From NCBI GenBank assembly GCA_964518475.1, contig CAZFGR010000031.1:1-17074 (forward strand): DNA of 17,074 nt, given 5' to 3'. Both the position numbers and the translations under genes were made by a program. Shown here in pieces: positions 14,356 to 17,074 of this stretch (its first letter is position 1; every line of letters begins with the position of its first letter). This DNA is from an uncultured Nitrososphaerota archaeon (lineage in GTDB: Archaea > Asgardarchaeota > Njordarchaeia > Njordarchaeales > Njordarchaeaceae). Under the pieces are notes generated by a model. That model had not been told where the DNA came from, made no database searches, and saw only the letters and a program-made list of their open reading frames with translations.

Positions 14356-17074
14356 CTAGTGCGATGTGTTATTGATTTTTTCTATCCCGATGGTAACCGT
14401 GTAATTATCTATGCGCCAATCCTTTGCATATCCTATTCTTTCTCCAAAACGGATCTCTACCGCCCTAGTTTCGTTTCTTATATATTTCATTAATTCTTCA
14501 TTAAGTAGTTTTTTCATGTCATCTGGAATTATGAGAGATATCCGTATCCTATCCTCTACGTCTAAATCTAGTTCCTTCCTCATTTCCTGAATCCTCCTAA
14601 CGAGTTCCCTTGCGTATCCCTCAGCTATCAACTCTGGAGTTCTCTCAACATCTATAAAGACCCAACCACCCCTGAATTCCTCACCTACTAGATTATCTGG
14701 GAATTCCTCCTCTATGAAAACATCTTCGGGAAGGATCTCATACTCCTTGCCCTCTAAAACAAGAACATATTTACCCTGTTTCTCAAAATCTTCTTTGACC
14801 TCGTTGCCATCAACATTTTTCAGAGCTTCTATTATTTTCCTTGTCTCTCTCCTATACTTGGGGCCGAGAGATTTGGGATTACCGCTCACTTTATAGTGTC
14901 TCTCCACTTTCCCCAGTTCTACATCCTTTACATTCAGTATATCCTTAAGGATATAGTCAAGATTCTTGACAGCCTTAACAACCTTGGAATTCTCCGTCTC
15001 TACGATTATTCTTCGCAGAGGCCATCTTATCTTCACACCAGCTTTCTGTCTAGCCGCAGCCCCAGCACTCGCTATCTCCTGAATAATACTCATCCAGTCC
15101 TCTAATTCTTCATCCCTAAACTCAACCTTAGGCCATGTACATAAGTGAATACTCTCTGGAGCATTAGGCATAACCGGTCTTATTAGTCTCTGATAGATCT
15201 CCTCTGCAATGAATGGTGCGAAAGGAGCTAGGACTTTCAAGAGTATATTAAATGCCTCAAATATTGTGTAGTAAGCAGCAAGCTTCACTGGATCATCCTT
15301 TTCAATCCAGAAACGCTTCCTAACAAGCTTTCCGTACCACCTGCTAAGATCCTCAATAATAAACTCTGTAATAGCTCTCACGGCCTTTGCAATACTAAAG
15401 TTCTCGAAGCTCTCCTCTACGATAGTAACTAATCTATTAGCTCGGGAGAGAAGCCATCTGTCCTCTGGAAGCAAATGCTTCTTTATCTCTTCTATGTTTA
15501 TCTTGGATGGATCGAACCTATCAAGCTCCATATAGGTAGCGGCCATGAAGAAAACGTTCCAGAGAATATCCAGAGCCTTGTAGACCTCTTCAACCTCGTC
15601 CCACTTAAACCTAATATCCTCCCATGGAAGAGTAGTGGATAATAAGTAGAGACGCAGTACATCAGCACCGTATTTCTGAATAACATCCTCGGGCGTGACG
15701 ACATTACCAAGACTCTTAGACATCTTAGCCCCAGCGGCATCCAGCACGAAACCATGCATAGCAACCTTCTTGTAAGGTACTGTGCCGAAAGCAACCACAC
15801 TAAGTACTTGCTGAGCATAGAACCACTTCAGAACTTGGTCCTGACCCTCAATAACCATATCCGCTGGCCACAACATCTCAAAGAGATCCTTTCTCCTTGG
15901 GTAACCCAGACTAGCCCAAGAAGCAATAGCGGAATCGAACCACACATCGAGAACATCTGGAACTCTCCTCATATCCCCGCCACATTTTGGACAACGCAGG
16001 ATTATTTCATCCACCCACGGTCTATGAGGGTCGAAATTTTCGGGTATATCATTTTTGGCATACTTCCTTAGCTCCTCAAAACTACCGATCACCAACATGT
16101 GATTGCACTTAGTGCATACCCATATAGGGATTGGGGCATTCCAGTAACGCTGACGAGAGATCACCCAGTCACCAACATTCCTAACCCCATCCTCGTACCT
16201 CTTTTTGACCCATGGAGGCAACCAAGTAACATGCTTAGCATTTTCCCGAATAATATCCTCCTTAATCTTAGAAACCCTCAAGAACCACTGCTCAGTAGCA
16301 CGGAACAATAATGGAGACTTACAACGCCAACACGTAGGATAACGATGCGTTACTCTCCCAGAATAAATAAGCAAACCCTTCTCACGAAGTCTCTCAATAA
16401 TCAACGGATCCGCTTCCTTAACAAAGACTCCTTGCCACTCCCCCTCAACATACTTACCATCAGGACCAACGGGATTATAGACCGGCAACCCATACTCCTT
16501 ACCAACTGCGTAGTCCTCCTCACCATGACCAGGAGCCGAATGAACACAACCAGTACCTTCAGTCAAAACCACGAACTCCGCTAAAACAATAGTATGTGCC
16601 CTAGAATACTTTTCCAGAAACTCTCTCTGACGGGGGAACTCATCCATTAACGGATGCTCATACCGCCAACCATCAAGCTCCTTACCCTTACGGACATCCA
16701 TTATCTCGTAATCCTCAATACCAACTTCTTTCATAACGAAAGGAACACGATCTTTAGCAAGCCACCAGTACTCCGTGCGCCCATTAGCAACTACACGAAC
16801 CTTAGCATACTCGAAATCAGGATGAACCATAACAGCAAGATTAGCTGGCAAAGTCCAAGGAGTCGTCGTCCAAATAACGATAAACTCGTTCTCGCGCCCA
16901 ACCAAACGGAACTTCACATAGATCGAAGGATCTGAAAGTTCCTTATACTCAATCTCGTGCTCAGCAAGAGCGGTCTCGCACCTAGGACACCAATGAACAA
17001 CCCTATAATCCCGGTCAACAAGCCCCCGCTCCCAAGCACGCTTAAAAGTCCACCACTCAGACTCAATGTACTCA
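14356..17074 (-). CDS. ileS: Isoleucine--tRNA ligase (archaeal/eukaryote type, IleRS2); 5' end runs off the window
   Basis: Frame stays open to the edge (EYIESEWW...HWCPRCETALAEHEIEY...DPSIYVKF). Motifs WTTTPWTLPAN, GTGCVHSAPGHGEED, DWVISRQRYW, DVWFDS, EGQDQ, KMSKSLGN, EGYARELVRRIQEMRK. Confidence 0.98.
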   Translation of the reverse strand, partial: EYIESEWWTFKRAWERGLVDRDYRVVHWCPRCETALAEHEIEYKELSDPSIYVKFRLVGRENEFIVIWTTTPWTLPANLAVMVHPDFEYAKVRVVANGRTEYWWLAKDRVPFVMKEVGIEDYEIMDVRKGKELDGWRYEHPLMDEFPRQREFLEKYSRAHTIVLAEFVVLTEGTGCVHSAPGHGEEDYAVGKEYGLPVYNPVGPDGKYVEGEWQGVFVKEADPLIIERLREKGLLIYSGRVTHRYPTCWRCKSPLLFRATEQWFLRVSKIKEDIIRENAKHVTWLPPWVKKRYEDGVRNVGDWVISRQRYWNAPIPIWVCTKCNHMLVIGSFEELRKYAKNDIPENFDPHRPWVDEIILRCPKCGGDMRRVPDVLDVWFDSAIASWASLGYPRRKDLFEMLWPADMVIEGQDQVLKWFYAQQVLSVVAFGTVPYKKVAMHGFVLDAAGAKMSKSLGNVVTPEDVIQKYGADVLRLYLLSTTLPWEDIRFKWDEVEEVYKALDILWNVFFMAATYMELDRFDPSKINIEEIKKHLLPEDRWLLSRANRLVTIVEESFENFSIAKAVRAITEFIIEDLSRWYGKLVRKRFWIEKDDPVKLAAYYTIFEAFNILLKVLAPFAPFIAEEIYQRLIRPVMPNAPESIHLCTWPKVEFRDEELEDWMSIIQEIASAGAAARQKAGVKIRWPLRRIIVETENSKVVKAVKNLDYILKDILNVKDVELGKVERHYKVSGNPKSLGPKYRRETRKIIEALKNVDGNEVKEDFEKQGKYVLVLEGKEYEILPEDVFIEEEFPDNLVGEEFRGGWVFIDVERTPELIAEGYARELVRRIQEMRKELDLDVEDRIRISLIIPDDMKKLLNEELMKYIRNETRAVEIRFGERIGYAKDWRIDNYTVTIGIEKINNTSH

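Noticed and set aside
16915-16917. GTG 16917 as the ileS start
   Set aside because: The frame is open and IleRS-like up to the window edge; the HIGH-motif N-terminus lies outside the window.
1372-16935. Other short ORFs of the track nested in long genes (e.g. 1372-1692, 7228-7578, 12369-12704, 15498-15818, 16654-16935)
   Set aside because: They overlap longer, better-supported genes on the opposite strand or in another frame and have no motifs.

Overview
Gene-dense archaeal window of low to moderate GC. It has GGAGG/GGTG ribosome-binding sites, TATA-like promoters and K/E/I-rich, thermophile-like proteins. Left to right: a minus-strand run (MazG-like pyrophosphatase, nucleotide-sugar dehydrogenase, AglH/MraY-type phosphoglycosyltransferase, solo Cas4-like nuclease, M42/TET aminopeptidase cut by the left edge); a 746-aa all-helical orphan protein convergent with a Cys-Ntn (GATase II) hydrolase plus an atypical two-domain AAA+ ATPase; a class III sirtuin, a SemiSWEET-like protein and a HycI-type protease; a ~500-bp intergenic region with inverted G-tracts and a palindromic TATA box; a nucleotidyltransferase-fold protein whose DxD is NxN; a DHH/DHHA1 phosphoesterase; an unknown protein; a profilin resembling Asgard profilins; and ileS cut by the right edge. 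The profilin suggests an Asgard or related thermophilic archaeon. Best leads: the profilin, the Ntn-hydrolase/AAA/helical-protein trio, the probable pseudo-nucleotidyltransferase, and the structured intergenic region. No tRNA, rRNA, CRISPR array or transposase was seen. All family calls come from motifs read by eye; no searches were run.
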